In this document: positions 9,348 through 20,733 of the stretch, in pieces
How the letters are laid out: each line of letters starts with the position of its first letter
How positions within the stretch are numbered: position 1 is the stretch's first letter
Assembly (NCBI GenBank): GCA_023228325.1
Contig: JALOBK010000001.1
Coordinates: 995,570 to 1,059,569, forward strand
Length of the DNA: 64,000 bases
Reading direction: 5' to 3'
Source of the DNA: a bacterium
Lineage (GTDB): Bacteria; Auribacterota; UBA6266
The notes under the pieces: model-generated
What the model saw: the letters and a program-made list of their open reading frames with translations, nothing else
Databases searched by the model: none
What the model was told of the DNA's origin: nothing
Translations under genes and position numbers: made by a program

Positions 9348-11513
9348 ATGCTATTAAATATATGTTTTATATGTCTTTCAAAAAAAAGGTTTTTTGTGGA
9401 AAAAACGGGAATAAGCCGGGAAAACAGGTCGTTGTCTCTTGTCGCGGTAGAATTGGCGGCGGTTTCATTTATCGTGCTTTTTCAGGAATTGGCCCTGATA
9501 AGATGGGTGGCGGGGCAGGTGAGGGTTATCGCTTATTTCCCGAACCTTATTTTGCTGAGCGCTTTTTTGGGGCTTGGGTTGGGCTGCCTGCGCTCCGGGA
9601 ACAAACCCTTACTGTGGCTTTGGCCTGTAAGCCTGCTGGTCCTGACAGTAACGGCGTTTTTTATGGGCCGGATTGTTTTCACCCAGGAAAGTTATTCCGA
9701 ACATCTCTGGCTTTTATATTATGACCTTCCGAAAAGTTCGATCGAGATTCCTTCAATTAAAATCCCCATAATAATATTTTTTATTTTAAGCGCGATCTCT
9801 TTTATTCCTCTCGGCCAGGTAATCGGCAGAAAAATCCGGGTGTTCAGTTCTTTTTCCAGGCCGCTTGCCGGCTATATGTACAATATTCTGGGTTCTCTCG
9901 CGGGAGTTGCGGGTTTTTCCCTTATCAGTTTGTTCGGCGTTTTCCCCAAGTATTGGTTTGCGGCAATCCTTATATCGGGGATAACACTTTTTCTACATGA
10001 AAAAAAAGCGCTGATATGGTATCTGATTTTTTCGGTTCTTATTTTTCTGAGCGTTTTAAAAGCCGAAAAAGCAGATGCCTACAGCCCGTATTATGCTCTT
10101 TCATACAGGACGGGAAATAAAATTTTCGATGTGCTTACAAACGGTTCCCTGCATCAGACTGCCGTAGATTTAAGCATGAAAAAAGACGGATGGGATAAGA
10201 GAAGCGAGACCGTCAAAAAAATTGTTACGGGGTATCATCTCCCGTATATGTGCCTTGAAAAGTCTCCGGAAGAGGCGCTTGTTTTGGGTTCCGGCACGGG
10301 GAATGATATTGCGGCATTATTAGAGCATGGGGTAGGGCACATAGACGCCGTTGAGATTGACCCGGTTATTATAGATTGGGGGAGACAATACCACCCCGAT
10401 AAACCTTACAGCTCCGGTAAAGTTACGGTTTATAATACCGATGCGCGCGCGTTTCTTAACACAACGGCGAAAAAATACGACCTTATTGTTTTCGGGACAC
10501 TTGATTCGCAGACGCAGCTTTCCGCGCTTTCAAACGTCCGGCTGGATAATTTTGTCTATACAATGGAAGGCATCAAAGCCGCTAAAGAGCGTCTTGCCGA
10601 AAACGGCGGGATGATAATGTATTTTATGGTGGGGAAACAGTTTATCCTTCAGCGGATAATAGCTTTATCAGCCGAAATATTCGGGGAAACACCCGTTATT
10701 TATTTTAATGACCATATATTGTTTAACACAGTTTTCATGTCCGGGCCGGCTTTTGACAGGTTAAGGGATGAGAAGGACGCCGCTTTCAACGATAAGTTTA
10801 AAAAGGATTTTCTTCCTTTTATAGAATTGCCGACCGATGACTGGCCGTACCTGTACCTGGCGGAGAAAAAAATCAGCGGTTTTTATCTGCAGATTATGGT
10901 TATTATAGGGGCGCTTTCCGCCGCCGGTATCTTTTTTCTTTCCAGGTCTTTCCGCGCCGCCATAACGGACAGGCGTAAAATAGATTATGAGATGTTTCTT
11001 TTCGGCGCGGGTTTTCTTTTATTTGAAACCAGAGCTGTGACGGAAATGAATCTGGTATGGGGAACAACGTGGATCACCAGCGCGGTTGTTTTCGGTTCCG
11101 TTTTAACGATGATACTGCTCGCGACGCTTGTAATGCAAAGGTATTTCCTGTCTTTCCGGGCATCTATCATAGGGCTGGGAATCTCTTCCTATATAGTTTA
11201 TATGCTGCCCGTAAATTTGATCCTGGGGGAACCTGTCGCAGTTAAATTGCTATGTTCTTTATTTATGGTCGGTATGCCTGTTTTTTTCGCGTCCCTCTGT
11301 TTTACGCGGTTGTTTGCGGAAAGTATTTCTGTGGACACGGCGTTCGGCTGGAACCTGCTGGGTTCGGTATGCGGGGGGTTAATTGAATATTCTTCGATGA
11401 TACTGGGGTTCAAGATTCTTCTGTTTGTTGCTTTGGCGGCATATCTGGCGGCATTTCTGATTTATATAAACCGCGGTAAAAACAGGATAGGGGAAAAAGC
11501 AGAAACAGTGTAA
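9348..11513 (+). CDS. Polytopic membrane protein with an internal spermidine-synthase-like (aminopropyltransferase/SAM-MTase-fold) domain; fused MFS/spermidine-synthase type
   Basis: N-terminal and C-terminal multi-TM blocks flank the segment LVLGSGTGNDIAALLEHGVGHIDAVEIDPVIIDWGRQYHP...YDLIVFGTLDS (PABS-like). The start codon is uncertain. Confidence 0.6.
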   Translation: MLLNICFICLSKKRFFVEKTGISRENRSLSLVAVELAAVSFIVLFQELALIRWVAGQVRVIAYFPNLILLSAFLGLGLGCLRSGNKPLLWLWPVSLLVLTVTAFFMGRIVFTQESYSEHLWLLYYDLPKSSIEIPSIKIPIIIFFILSAISFIPLGQVIGRKIRVFSSFSRPLAGYMYNILGSLAGVAGFSLISLFGVFPKYWFAAILISGITLFLHEKKALIWYLIFSVLIFLSVLKAEKADAYSPYYALSYRTGNKIFDVLTNGSLHQTAVDLSMKKDGWDKRSETVKKIVTGYHLPYMCLEKSPEEALVLGSGTGNDIAALLEHGVGHIDAVEIDPVIIDWGRQYHPDKPYSSGKVTVYNTDARAFLNTTAKKYDLIVFGTLDSQTQLSALSNVRLDNFVYTMEGIKAAKERLAENGGMIMYFMVGKQFILQRIIALSAEIFGETPVIYFNDHILFNTVFMSGPAFDRLRDEKDAAFNDKFKKDFLPFIELPTDDWPYLYLAEKKISGFYLQIMVIIGALSAAGIFFLSRSFRAAITDRRKIDYEMFLFGAGFLLFETRAVTEMNLVWGTTWITSAVVFGSVLTMILLATLVMQRYFLSFRASIIGLGISSYIVYMLPVNLILGEPVAVKLLCSLFMVGMPVFFASLCFTRLFAESISVDTAFGWNLLGSVCGGLIEYSSMILGFKILLFVALAAYLAAFLIYINRGKNRIGEKAETV

Positions 11514-11829
11514 TTGTTTTGAGGTCCGTTTTTGCTGTTGATTTTCCTTATTGTGAAATATCCGTTAAAATAACATTTATCTTCCACTTCTTCAGGTAAG
11601 GGCAAACCCGTTACATGCCGAAGCAACAGTTGGATTTAAATAATTAAAAATTTTATTGTTTGGGAAAAGGGTTTTAATAAAAAACAGGCTTTTCCGTTTA
11701 AGCACTATATATGGTGTCTGCTTCGAGAATTGATAACTATATTTAGTTATACCCTAAAAATCATAGTTAATTGCCTGATATTATGCTTTTTACAGCGAAA
11801 AAAAATGTTAAAAAATTTATATTTTTTTC

Positions 11830-11858
11830 TTGACTTCATATTGCCAAGTATATATTAT
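11830..11858 (+). promoter_or_regulatory. Candidate sigma70 promoter TTGACT-17-TATTAT with an A/T-rich UP region, in the 544-bp AT-rich gap upstream of tRNA-Thr/tuf
   Basis: Hexamers read from the sequence with 17-nt spacing, about 200 nt upstream of tRNA-Thr. Confidence 0.35.
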
Positions 11859-12057
11859 TGCGTCTCTGTGTGAAATTGTAATACATTTCTTGACGGTAAA
11901 AAAGATTTCATACCGAAGAAAAGTAGCAGCAAAACACAAAAACTGATGTGTAAGAATTGCTACTTCCAACTGGAAGAAAATCTGCACATCTCGGGATTTT
12001 ACCGATGCCAGGGTAAGCAGGGTAAAACCTGTAACTTGGGGAAATTTTTTGTGCTTT

Positions 12058-12133
<76 letters not shown>

Positions 12134-12198
12134 GAAAATGGAGTTTTGAAGATATAGATAGATAAAAGACTTAATTTCCTTAAAAAAAGGAGAGAGTT

Positions 12199-13422
12199 AT
12201 GGCAAAAGAGAAATTTGAGAGGACGAAACCGCACGTAAACGTAGGTACGATAGGGCATGTAGACCATGGCAAGACTACGTTGACAGCGGCATTGACGAAG
12301 GTACTTGAACAGAAAGGGTTGAGCAAATTCATAAGCTATGACGAGATAGCGAAGGCATCGGAGTCGCAGGGAAGAAGAGACGCGACAAAGATCCTTACGA
12401 TATCGACATCGCATGTTGAATATTCATCTGAGAAACGGCACTATGCCCATGTTGACTGTCCCGGGCACGCGGATTACGTAAAGAACATGATAACGGGAGC
12501 GGCCCAGATGGACGGGGCGATACTGGTAGTGAGCGCGGTAGACGGGCCCATGCCGCAGACCAGAGAACATATCCTGCTTGCGAGACAGGTAGGCGTACCT
12601 TATATAGTAGTGTTTATGAACAAATGCGACATGGTAGACGACCCTGAGCTGCTTGACCTGGTAGAACTTGAAGTAAGAGAACTTCTGAACAAATACGAGT
12701 TTCCGGGAGATAAGATACCTGTAATAAGGGGGAGCGCGACAAAAGCGATAGCATCGCCTAATGCCGACAGCCCTGATGCGAAACCTATACTGGATCTTGT
12801 AAAAGCGCTTGACGATTACATACCCGAACCGCAGAGAGAGATCGAGAAACCGTTCCTGATGCCGATAGAAGACGTATTTTCGATAACCGGCAGAGGTACA
12901 GTGGGTACAGGCAGGGTTGAGAGAGGCATAGTAAAAGTAAGCGACGAGATAGAAATAGTCGGGATAAAACCTACGATGAAGACAGTTGTGACCGGGGTTG
13001 AGATGTTCCGCAAAGAACTTGACCAGGGTCAGGCGGGAGACAACGTAGGGTTGCTGTTAAGAGGAGTTGACAAGGAACATCTGGAAAGAGGACAGGTACT
13101 TGCAAAACCGGGATCGATCACGCCGCACAGGAAGTTCAAGGCTGAAGTATATGTTCTTACAAAGGATGAAGGCGGCAGGCACACGCCGTTCTTCGCCGGG
13201 TACAGGCCCCAGTTCTACTTCCGCACGACAGATGTGACGGGGATAGTAAACGAACTGATAGGCAAAGACGGGAATAAGGCGGAGATGTGCATGCCCGGAG
13301 ACAACGTACAGATGCAGATAGATTTAATATGCCCGATAGCGATGGAGAAGACACTGAGATTCGCTATAAGAGAAGGCGGAAGAACAGTAGGAGCCGGCAG
13401 AGTAACCGAGATTATCGAATAA
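12199..13422 (+). CDS. tuf: Elongation factor Tu, copy 1 (100% identical to copy 2 at 27932..29155)
   Basis: [17 protein letters not shown] and NKCD motifs; 407 aa. Confidence 0.97.
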   Translation: MAKEKFERTKPHVNVGTIGHVDHGKTTLTAALTKVLEQKGLSKFISYDEIAKASESQGRRDATKILTISTSHVEYSSEKRHYAHVDCPGHADYVKNMITGAAQMDGAILVVSAVDGPMPQTREHILLARQVGVPYIVVFMNKCDMVDDPELLDLVELEVRELLNKYEFPGDKIPVIRGSATKAIASPNADSPDAKPILDLVKALDDYIPEPQREIEKPFLMPIEDVFSITGRGTVGTGRVERGIVKVSDEIEIVGIKPTMKTVVTGVEMFRKELDQGQAGDNVGLLLRGVDKEHLERGQVLAKPGSITPHRKFKAEVYVLTKDEGGRHTPFFAGYRPQFYFRTTDVTGIVNELIGKDGNKAEMCMPGDNVQMQIDLICPIAMEKTLRFAIREGGRTVGAGRVTEIIE

Positions 13423-13494
13423 CATTATTAAGAGTACCCGGGGTGGTTCATCCCGGGTTTTCTTGTGTATAAAAAATAGAAGGAACAACTTTTT

Positions 13495-13659
13495 ATGGCT
13501 CAAAAAGGGAACAGGGAACAGATAACCATGGCTTGCACAGTCTGCGGGAGAAGAAATTATGTCTCCACAAAGAATAAAAAGAAGGCTGCGGGCCGGTTAG
13601 AGTTAAAAAAATATTGTAAATGGGATAAGAAGCACACTGTCCATAAGGAGACAAAATAA
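13495..13659 (+). CDS. rpmG: 50S ribosomal protein L33 (54 aa); shorter than the 60-aa cutoff of the ORF track
   Basis: Translated by hand: [54 protein letters not shown]. The tuf-rpmG-tRNA-Trp-secE context is canonical. Confidence 0.85.
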   Translation: MAQKGNREQITMACTVCGRRNYVSTKNKKKAAGRLELKKYCKWDKKHTVHKETK

Positions 13660-13690
13660 AGCTCTTTACAAATAAGGAGAAAGAGGCATT

Positions 13691-13768
13691 AGGCCAGTAG
13701 CTCCAATTGGCTAGAGCGCCGGTCTCCAAAACCGGATGTTGTGGGTTCAAATCCCTCCTGGCCTGCCA
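13691..13768 (+). tRNA. tRNA-Trp (anticodon CCA)
   Basis: Acceptor AGGCCAG/CTGGCCT, anticodon stem CCGGT/ACCGG with loop CTCCAAA, T-loop TTCAAAT, 3' GCCA. One T-T mismatch in the T-stem. Confidence 0.8.
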
Positions 13769-13814
13769 TTTTTCGAATTACAGGACAGGAAGAAAAAAAG
13801 GAAGTTTGGGTAAA

Positions 13815-14234
13815 ATGGAAATTTTTCGAAAAGAACAAGGGAAAGTTGCGAGAATATCAGTCATAGCGTTTATGGCGCTGATAGGAATCCTTCTGGCAGG
13901 CTGGTCGAACACGCTTGTATCCGATGAATCCGGTCTGCGTAACCGCCTGTTCGGACTGGATTTTTTGGGTGTTAGCATTTCATGGGCTCATATCATCTCC
14001 GCGGCAGTGTTTTGTATATGCGTTATTGCAGGACTTGCCCTGGCAAATACCCCGAAAACAGCAACCTTCCTTATCGATACCGAATCCGAAGTAAAAAAAG
14101 TTTCCTGGTCGACATATAAAGAATTGACGAGTTCGACGGGAGTAGTCATAATGGCTTCATTTTTTGTCGCGCTTTTTGTAGGTGTGGCTGATTTGGTTAT
14201 TTCAAAGTTAATACATTTATTAATACGTTTATAG
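13815..14234 (+). CDS. secE: Preprotein translocase subunit SecE
   Basis: Conserved C-terminal SecE TM segment (KKVSWSTYKELTSSTGVVIMASFFVALFVGVADLVISKLI). The ORF-track start at 13707 overlaps tRNA-Trp; the in-frame ATG at 13815 (MEIFRKEQ) is used instead. Confidence 0.8.
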   Translation: MEIFRKEQGKVARISVIAFMALIGILLAGWSNTLVSDESGLRNRLFGLDFLGVSISWAHIISAAVFCICVIAGLALANTPKTATFLIDTESEVKKVSWSTYKELTSSTGVVIMASFFVALFVGVADLVISKLIHLLIRL

Positions 14235-14243
14235 GGTGAAGTG

Positions 14244-14774
14244 ATGGGTGAGAAGAAGTGGTATGTCGTGCATGTTCTTTCAGGGCATGAGAAAAAAGCT
14301 CAGGAATCTCTTGAGAAAAGGATTAAGACAGAGGGCATGGCAGAAAAGATTGCAACGGTGCTTATCCCGACCGAAAAAGTTTCCGAGGTTAAGTCCGGCA
14401 AAAAGACCATTGTCGCGAGAAAATTTTTTCCGGGTTATATTCTTGTGAATATGGAGATGGATGAAAATACCTACTATGTTGTGAAGGACACGCCGGGGAT
14501 TATCGGTTTTATCGGTTCCGGCACGCCGGTTCCTCTGCATGAGGAAGAAATAAACGACATAATCGCGCAGATAGAAGCCAAGAAAGAAAAAGTTAAGCCG
14601 AAAGTTGATTTTGAAAAAGGTGAAGCCGTTAAGATCAAGGACGGTCCTTTTGTAAACCTTGACGGTGTTGTTGAAGATATTGATCCTGACAGAGGCCGGC
14701 TCAGAGTTATGGTGACAATTTTCGGAAGGGCGACACCGGTTGAGCTTGAATACTGGCAGGTCGAAAAAGAATAA
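14244..14774 (+). CDS. nusG: Transcription antitermination factor NusG
   Basis: NGN domain (WYVVHVLSGHEKKA) plus KOW domain (VKIKDGPFVNLDGVVEDI). Confidence 0.92.
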   Translation: MGEKKWYVVHVLSGHEKKAQESLEKRIKTEGMAEKIATVLIPTEKVSEVKSGKKTIVARKFFPGYILVNMEMDENTYYVVKDTPGIIGFIGSGTPVPLHEEEINDIIAQIEAKKEKVKPKVDFEKGEAVKIKDGPFVNLDGVVEDIDPDRGRLRVMVTIFGRATPVELEYWQVEKE

Positions 14775-14795
14775 AGAGGTATTCCGGGAGGAAAG

Positions 14796-15221
14796 ATGGC
14801 TAAAAAGGTAACCGCAATCATAAAATTACAGATACAGGCAGGGGTTGCTACCCCCGCGCCGCCGGTCGGTCCTGCTCTTGGGCAGCATGGTGTGAACATA
14901 ATGGAATTCTGCAAACAGTTTAATGCCGCAACCAAAGATAAAGGCGGGCTTGTTATCCCTGTCATAATAAGTGTTTATCAGGATAAAAAGTTCTCATTTA
15001 TATTAAAGCAACCGCCTGCCTCCGCGCTTTTAAAGAAAGCCGCGAGTGTAGCCGTAGGCTCAGGTGTCCCTAACCGCGAGAAAGTCGGAACGATTTCCAA
15101 AAAACAGGTTAAAGAAATCGCGAAGATAAAAATGAGCGATTTGAATGCCAGGAGCGCCGAAGCGGCTGAAAAGATTATTGAAGGAACAGCCCGCAGTATG
15201 GGTATTGAGGTGAAAGAATGA
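14796..15221 (+). CDS. rplK: 50S ribosomal protein L11
   Basis: Family similarity ([13 protein letters not shown]). Confidence 0.95.
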   Translation: MAKKVTAIIKLQIQAGVATPAPPVGPALGQHGVNIMEFCKQFNAATKDKGGLVIPVIISVYQDKKFSFILKQPPASALLKKAASVAVGSGVPNREKVGTISKKQVKEIAKIKMSDLNARSAEAAEKIIEGTARSMGIEVKE

Positions 15222-15916
15222 GCAAAAGAAGCAAAAGATTTAAAACGGCCGCTGAGAAAATAAAAGGCAAAGAAGAATATACCCTTCCGGAGGCCGTTAA
15301 AGCCGTTAAAGAAAATGCCAGCGCGAAATTCGATGAAAGCGTTGAGATTGCGTTTAAACTCGGGATAGACCCTAAACAGCCGGAACAGATGGTGCGTTCG
15401 ACTGTCAAGCTGCCGCACGGTACGGGAAAAAGCGTAAGAGTAATTGCGTTTGCGGAAGGGGCTGCCGCCGAAGAAGCCAGGAAAGCGGGCGCTGATGTGG
15501 TGGGAATGGCGGAACTCGCTGAAAAAATAACGGCCGGCTGGATGGATTTCGATATTGTTGTTGCTACTCCGGCCGCCATGAAAGTAATAGGGAAGCTCGG
15601 TAAAGTTCTCGGGCCGAAAGGACTGATGCCCTCTCCGAAAGCGGGAACGGTTTCCCCCGATGTAGCTCAGGCGGTAAAAGAGGTAAAAGCCGGCAAAATA
15701 GAGATTAAAGCCGATAAAACTTCAAACCTGCACGCGTTTGTCGGAAAAATTTCTTTTGATGAGCAAAAACTTTTTGAAAATGCTCAGGCCGTTATCAACG
15801 CGGTGCTTAAATCGAAGCCCGTATCTTCAAAAGGCATTTATATGCAGAGCGCCACTCTTTCATCAACTATGGGCCCGGGGCTTAAACTTAATCTTAAAGA
15901 GATTCAGGGCATTTAG
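15218..15916 (+). CDS. rplA: 50S ribosomal protein L1
   Basis: Family similarity; ATGA overlap with the rplK stop. Confidence 0.95.
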   Translation: MSKRSKRFKTAAEKIKGKEEYTLPEAVKAVKENASAKFDESVEIAFKLGIDPKQPEQMVRSTVKLPHGTGKSVRVIAFAEGAAAEEARKAGADVVGMAELAEKITAGWMDFDIVVATPAAMKVIGKLGKVLGPKGLMPSPKAGTVSPDVAQAVKEVKAGKIEIKADKTSNLHAFVGKISFDEQKLFENAQAVINAVLKSKPVSSKGIYMQSATLSSTMGPGLKLNLKEIQGI

Positions 15917-15934
15917 ATAGAAAGGAATCGGGTA

Positions 15935-16453
15935 ATGAGACCGGAAAAAAAGATAGCTGTAAAGGAAATGAAACAGAAGCTTGACGCTTCCGCTTCATTT
16001 GTCCTTACAGATTATGTGGGTGTCTCAGCGGAAGAAATGAATAAGCTCAGGATTAAACTGTCTGAGAAATCCGCTAATTTTATGATAGTAAAAAACAGGC
16101 TTTTCTCAAGAACGGTCAAGGAATCGGGTTTTGACGGTATTGACCAGCACTTGAAAGGTCCTACAGCCGTGGCTTTCCTGGGAAAAGACATTGTCGCCGG
16201 AACAAAGGCGCTTGTCGATTTTGGTAAGGAGTCCGGTAAACTTGCGGTTAAATGCGCGATGCTCAATAACAAGGTGATAAATGCCGATAAAGTCCAAGAG
16301 CTGGCAAATCTTCCGTCCAGAGAGGTCCTTCTCGGAATTGTTGCCGGAACTATTCAGGCTCCTATTTCAGCCTTTGCGCGCGTGCTTAACGCCCGTTTGA
16401 GCAGCCTGGTTTATGTAATAAATGCAATTTTGAATAAGAAAGAAGGAAATTAA
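15935..16453 (+). CDS. rplJ: 50S ribosomal protein L10
   Basis: Family similarity. Confidence 0.93.
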   Translation: MRPEKKIAVKEMKQKLDASASFVLTDYVGVSAEEMNKLRIKLSEKSANFMIVKNRLFSRTVKESGFDGIDQHLKGPTAVAFLGKDIVAGTKALVDFGKESGKLAVKCAMLNNKVINADKVQELANLPSREVLLGIVAGTIQAPISAFARVLNARLSSLVYVINAILNKKEGN

Positions 16454-16468
16454 TCGAGGAGGCATTTA

Positions 16469-16921
16469 ATGACAAATGAAGAAAAAACCGCTGTTGCGGA
16501 AAACAAAGAGGGAAAAACAGAATCAAAAAAGGAAGTGAAGGTGTCGGGAAAAATGGAAGAGATAATCAAAAGTATAGAAAAAATGACCGTTCTTGAGCTT
16601 TCTGAACTCGTAAAAGCTCTTGAAGAAAGGTTCGGAGTTTCTGCCGCCGCTCCCGTAGCAGCCGTAGCAGCTCCTGTTGCCGCCGGAGCAGCTTCTGCGG
16701 CCGAAGAGAAAACTGAATTCACGGTTGTCCTGGCAAGCGCGGGAGACAAAAAGATTAATGTTATTAAGGAAATCCGCGCGGTTACCAGCCTCGGGCTGAA
16801 AGAAGCGAAGGATCTTGTTGACGGCGCGCCGAAAACGGTGAAAGAAAATGTCACGAAAGAAGAAGCCGAAGAAATAAAAAAGAAACTTGAAGCAGCAGGT
16901 GCAAAAGTCGAACTTAAATAA
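16469..16921 (+). CDS. rplL: 50S ribosomal protein L7/L12 with an N-terminal extension of about 28 aa
   Basis: The canonical L12 NTD starts at [35 protein letters not shown] strong GGAGG RBS supports the upstream ATG at 16469. Confidence 0.9.
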   Translation: MTNEEKTAVAENKEGKTESKKEVKVSGKMEEIIKSIEKMTVLELSELVKALEERFGVSAAAPVAAVAAPVAAGAASAAEEKTEFTVVLASAGDKKINVIKEIRAVTSLGLKEAKDLVDGAPKTVKENVTKEEAEEIKKKLEAAGAKVELK

Positions 16922-16976
16922 CATTCCCGGTAGGTAAATTAAAAGCATCCTTACCGCTTAAAGGGGAAATATTATT

Positions 16977-19900
16977 ATGTCAGTAAAAACAGGGAAAGAA
17001 AGAGTTTCTTACGCCAAGCTTAAAGAGGTTATGGACCTTCCGAATCTTGTAGAGATTCAGACGAGGTCTTATGCCGAGTTTCTTCAGGAAGACACTCTTC
17101 CCGAAGAAAGAAAAGATTTCGGGATTCAAGCGGTTTTCAACGAAATATTTCCGTTGAAGAATTATGATGAAAGCTGCACGCTTGAATTCGTTAAATACAG
17201 GCTGGGTGTTTCGAAATACGATGAACTTGAATGCATGAGAAGGGGTTTAACCTATGAAATGCCCATGAAAGTGACTTTCAGGCTTCATCAGGCGGGGCAC
17301 GTCGAGGAAGAAGAAGTTTTTATGGGAAATCTCCCTAAGATGACCCCGAGCGGGACATTTATTGTCAACGGCGTGGAAAGGGTAGTAGTAAGCCAGCTGC
17401 ACAGGTCCCCGGGCATATGTTATGAACAGGAAGCTCTTTCAAGAGGGCAGGTGATTTATTCTTTCAGGATAATTCCTTACAGGGGTTCATGGCTGGAAGT
17501 TAAATTTGACCAGAACGATTCGATATACATCTATCTTGACAGGAGTGTGCGCAGAAAGAAAATCCTGGCGACAACTTTTATGAGGGCTCTCGGATACGGG
17601 ACAAACGAACAACTGCTGAAATACTTCTTCCAGGAGGAAGAAATAAAGTTTACTTCCAAAATAAGCGACAAAGACATAGAAGGAAGGGTGCTCGCAAAGA
17701 ATGTTGTGGATGAAGAAGCTAAAATTACTCTTGCTAAGGCAGGAGACTCAATAAATATAAAAAATTTCAAAATGTTTAAGGAAGGGAAAATAAGCGCCAT
17801 ACATCTCCTTAAAGGAGCCGCAGAGAGCCATCCCGTCCTTAAAATGATTAAAAAAGACCCGACGTCTACAAAAGACGAAGCTTTGATAGAGATATTCAAG
17901 AGATTGCGCCCCGGCGACCCCGTCAACAAGGCAAATGCCGAAGGTATGATACAGAGATTATTTGCCGATAAGAAAAGATATGACCTTGGAAGAGTCGGGA
18001 GATATAAACTTAACAAGAAGCTGGGCTTACCCATTACCGAAGAAGAACTTTCCATAACGACCCTGAGCAACAGGGATATTGCGGAAGCTATTAAATATCT
18101 TATAGGCTTGCGCGACGGGTTGGGGCAGATAGACGACATCGACCACCTTGGGAACAGGAGAGTAAGGTCTGTCGGTGAATTGCTTGAAAATCAATTCAGG
18201 GTCGGACTTGCGAGAATGGACCGCCTGATAAAAGAGAAGATGACGCTGCATGATGCGGAAGCCGAGCCGCTGACCCCGCATAATCTTGTCAGCCCGAAAT
18301 CACTTTCCAGCGTTATTAAAGATTTCTTCGGCAGAAGCCAGCTCAGCCAGTTTATGGACCAGACAAATCCTTTGGCGGAACTTGCCCACAAGAGAAGGTT
18401 AAGCGCTCTCGGGCCCGGAGGTCTCAGCAGGGAAAGAGCCGGTTTCGAAGTAAGAGATATACATACGAGTCATTACGGCAGGATCTGCCCGATACAGACT
18501 CCTGAAGGACCGAACATCGGCTTGATTTCATATTTGAGCTGTTATGCGAGAGTGAATGAATACGGATTCGTTGAAACTCCTTACAGGAAAGTTGAGAACG
18601 GGAAAGTAACCGAAAAAATAGATTATCTTACGGCTGACGAGGAAGCTGATTATATTATAGCGCAGGCCAATGCGGCTATTGACGCAAAAGGTAAATTCGT
18701 TAACAGCGAAGTGCTGTCCAGATGCAGAGGTGAATTCCGTACGATAGAAGCCGAAAGAGTAAATTATATGGACGTTTCCCCCAAACAGCTCGTGAGTGTC
18801 GCGGCGGGTCTTATCCCGTTCCTTGAACACGATGACGCCAACAGGGCTTTGATGGGGTCGAATATGCAGAGGCAGTCCGTGCCGCTTTTAAGCACAGTTC
18901 AGCCTTTTGTCGCGACCGGGCTTGAATCCAAGGCAGCGAGGGATTCGGGAGTGATGGTCATAGCGGCAGAAGACGGAACGGTTACTTATGTGGACGCGAA
19001 TGAAGTGCATGTCGGCAGCAAGGTCTACAGGCTGAAAAAATACCTGCGTTCCAATGCCGGGACTTGTTTTAATCAGAGGCCTATAGTCAGGAAAGGCGAA
19101 AAAATCAAAAAAGGCGATGTTATTGCCGACGGTCCCTCCACAAGAGACGGGGAAATCGCGCTCGGAAGGAATGTGCTTTGCGCTTTTATGCCGTGGGGCG
19201 GATATAATTTCGAAGACGCGATACTGATAAGCGAAAAGATTGTAAAAGAAGATATTTATACATCCATCCATATTGAAGAGTTCGAAGCAAGCGCCAGAGA
19301 AACCAAAATAGGCAAAGAAGAAATCACCAGGGATATACCGAATGTCGGAGAGGAAGCGCTTAAAAATCTCGGCGAAGACGGTATAATCAGGCTCGGAGCG
19401 GAGGTTAAGCCCGGGGATATACTTGTCGGAAAAATTACTCCCAAGAGCGAGACCGAACTTCTTCCGGAAGAAAAACTTTTAAGGGCTATTTTCGGTGAAA
19501 AAGCGGCCGATGTAAGAGATACATCGTTACGTGTTCCTTCGGGAACGGAAGGTATTGTGATGGATGTGAAGATGTTCTCGCGCAAAGAAAAAGCGAAGAA
19601 TGAAGCCGAGAAAAAAGAAGAGCGCAGGAGAACAAGGGAAATTCAGCAGAGGAAAGAGGAAAGGCTTGAAAAAGCCGAAACAGAGAAACAGGAAGCATTG
19701 AAAAACCTGCTGCTGGGTAAATCGATAAAATCGGACATTGTTGATATCAATACGGGAGAGGTTATAATCCAGGCCGGCCAGAAGATAACAAAAAATCAGG
19801 TCAGCAAACTTGAAAACCTGAGATATTCGGGTATGGATATAACTGAAGAAGACCCGGATATCAGGATTAAAATAAAAACGATTTTTGCCAAATACGACCA

Positions 19901-20717
19901 TATTACAGAGGAAATAATTACGGAAGAAGAAAAAGAGCTGGAACATATCAAGAAAGGCGATGAACTTGAACCGGGGGTTATAAAACAGGTTAAAGTATAT
20001 GTCGCCAGCAAAAGGAAACTTCAGGTCGGGGATAAAATGGCCGGAAGGCACGGGAACAAAGGTGTTATCGCGAAAATTCTTCCTGAAGAAGATATGCCGT
20101 TTCTTGAAGACGGAACTCCCGTTGAAATAGTCCTGAACCCCCTCGGCGTTCCTTCGAGAATGAATGTAGGGCAGGTTCTTGAAACACATCTTGGGTGGGC
20201 CGCTTCAATCCTGGGAATTAAAGTTCTGACTCCTGTTTTCGACGGCGCCAAGGAAGAAGAGATACGCAGGGTTATGAAAGAAGCCAAATTGCCGGAAAGC
20301 GGCAAGGTCACGTTGATTGACGGCAGGACAGGCGAAAAATTCGAACAGCAGGTAGTTGTCGGATGTATTTATATGATGAAGCTGGCGCATCTCGTGGCGG
20401 ATAAGATACATGCAAGGTCAGTAGGCCCTTACTCTCTTGTCACACAGCAGCCTCTTGGAGGAAAAGCGCAGTTCGGAGGCCAGAGGTTCGGGGAAATGGA
20501 AGTGTGGGCGCTTGAGGCATACGGCGCCGCTTATACTCTCCAGGAACTTCTGACGGTGAAGAGCGATGATGTGACGGGAAGAACAAAGATATATGAATCG
20601 ATAGTCAAAGGTAATAACAGATTAGAGGCGGGAACGCCCGAATCGTTTAATGTTTTAATAAAAGAAATGCAGGCATTGTGTCTGGACATTTCCCTTAAAA
20701 CCGAGATGGATAAATAG
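16977..20717 (+). CDS. rpoB: DNA-directed RNA polymerase subunit beta
   Basis: 1246 aa with conserved rpoB blocks throughout. Confidence 0.98.
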   Translation: MSVKTGKERVSYAKLKEVMDLPNLVEIQTRSYAEFLQEDTLPEERKDFGIQAVFNEIFPLKNYDESCTLEFVKYRLGVSKYDELECMRRGLTYEMPMKVTFRLHQAGHVEEEEVFMGNLPKMTPSGTFIVNGVERVVVSQLHRSPGICYEQEALSRGQVIYSFRIIPYRGSWLEVKFDQNDSIYIYLDRSVRRKKILATTFMRALGYGTNEQLLKYFFQEEEIKFTSKISDKDIEGRVLAKNVVDEEAKITLAKAGDSINIKNFKMFKEGKISAIHLLKGAAESHPVLKMIKKDPTSTKDEALIEIFKRLRPGDPVNKANAEGMIQRLFADKKRYDLGRVGRYKLNKKLGLPITEEELSITTLSNRDIAEAIKYLIGLRDGLGQIDDIDHLGNRRVRSVGELLENQFRVGLARMDRLIKEKMTLHDAEAEPLTPHNLVSPKSLSSVIKDFFGRSQLSQFMDQTNPLAELAHKRRLSALGPGGLSRERAGFEVRDIHTSHYGRICPIQTPEGPNIGLISYLSCYARVNEYGFVETPYRKVENGKVTEKIDYLTADEEADYIIAQANAAIDAKGKFVNSEVLSRCRGEFRTIEAERVNYMDVSPKQLVSVAAGLIPFLEHDDANRALMGSNMQRQSVPLLSTVQPFVATGLESKAARDSGVMVIAAEDGTVTYVDANEVHVGSKVYRLKKYLRSNAGTCFNQRPIVRKGEKIKKGDVIADGPSTRDGEIALGRNVLCAFMPWGGYNFEDAILISEKIVKEDIYTSIHIEEFEASARETKIGKEEITRDIPNVGEEALKNLGEDGIIRLGAEVKPGDILVGKITPKSETELLPEEKLLRAIFGEKAADVRDTSLRVPSGTEGIVMDVKMFSRKEKAKNEAEKKEERRRTREIQQRKEERLEKAETEKQEALKNLLLGKSIKSDIVDINTGEVIIQAGQKITKNQVSKLENLRYSGMDITEEDPDIRIKIKTIFAKYDHITEEIITEEEKELEHIKKGDELEPGVIKQVKVYVASKRKLQVGDKMAGRHGNKGVIAKILPEEDMPFLEDGTPVEIVLNPLGVPSRMNVGQVLETHLGWAASILGIKVLTPVFDGAKEEEIRRVMKEAKLPESGKVTLIDGRTGEKFEQQVVVGCIYMMKLAHLVADKIHARSVGPYSLVTQQPLGGKAQFGGQRFGEMEVWALEAYGAAYTLQELLTVKSDDVTGRTKIYESIVKGNNRLEAGTPESFNVLIKEMQALCLDISLKTEMDK

Positions 20718-20733
20718 GGAAGAGGAGGAGACT

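Noticed and set aside
9293-9724. 143-aa + strand ORF overlapping the start of the 721-aa membrane protein gene
   Set aside because: It is out of frame with the long, TM-rich, domain-containing ORF and has no features of its own.
13707-13814. ORF-track start of secE at 13707
   Set aside because: It overlaps tRNA-Trp (13691..13768). The in-frame ATG at 13815 with a SecE-like sequence is the plausible start.
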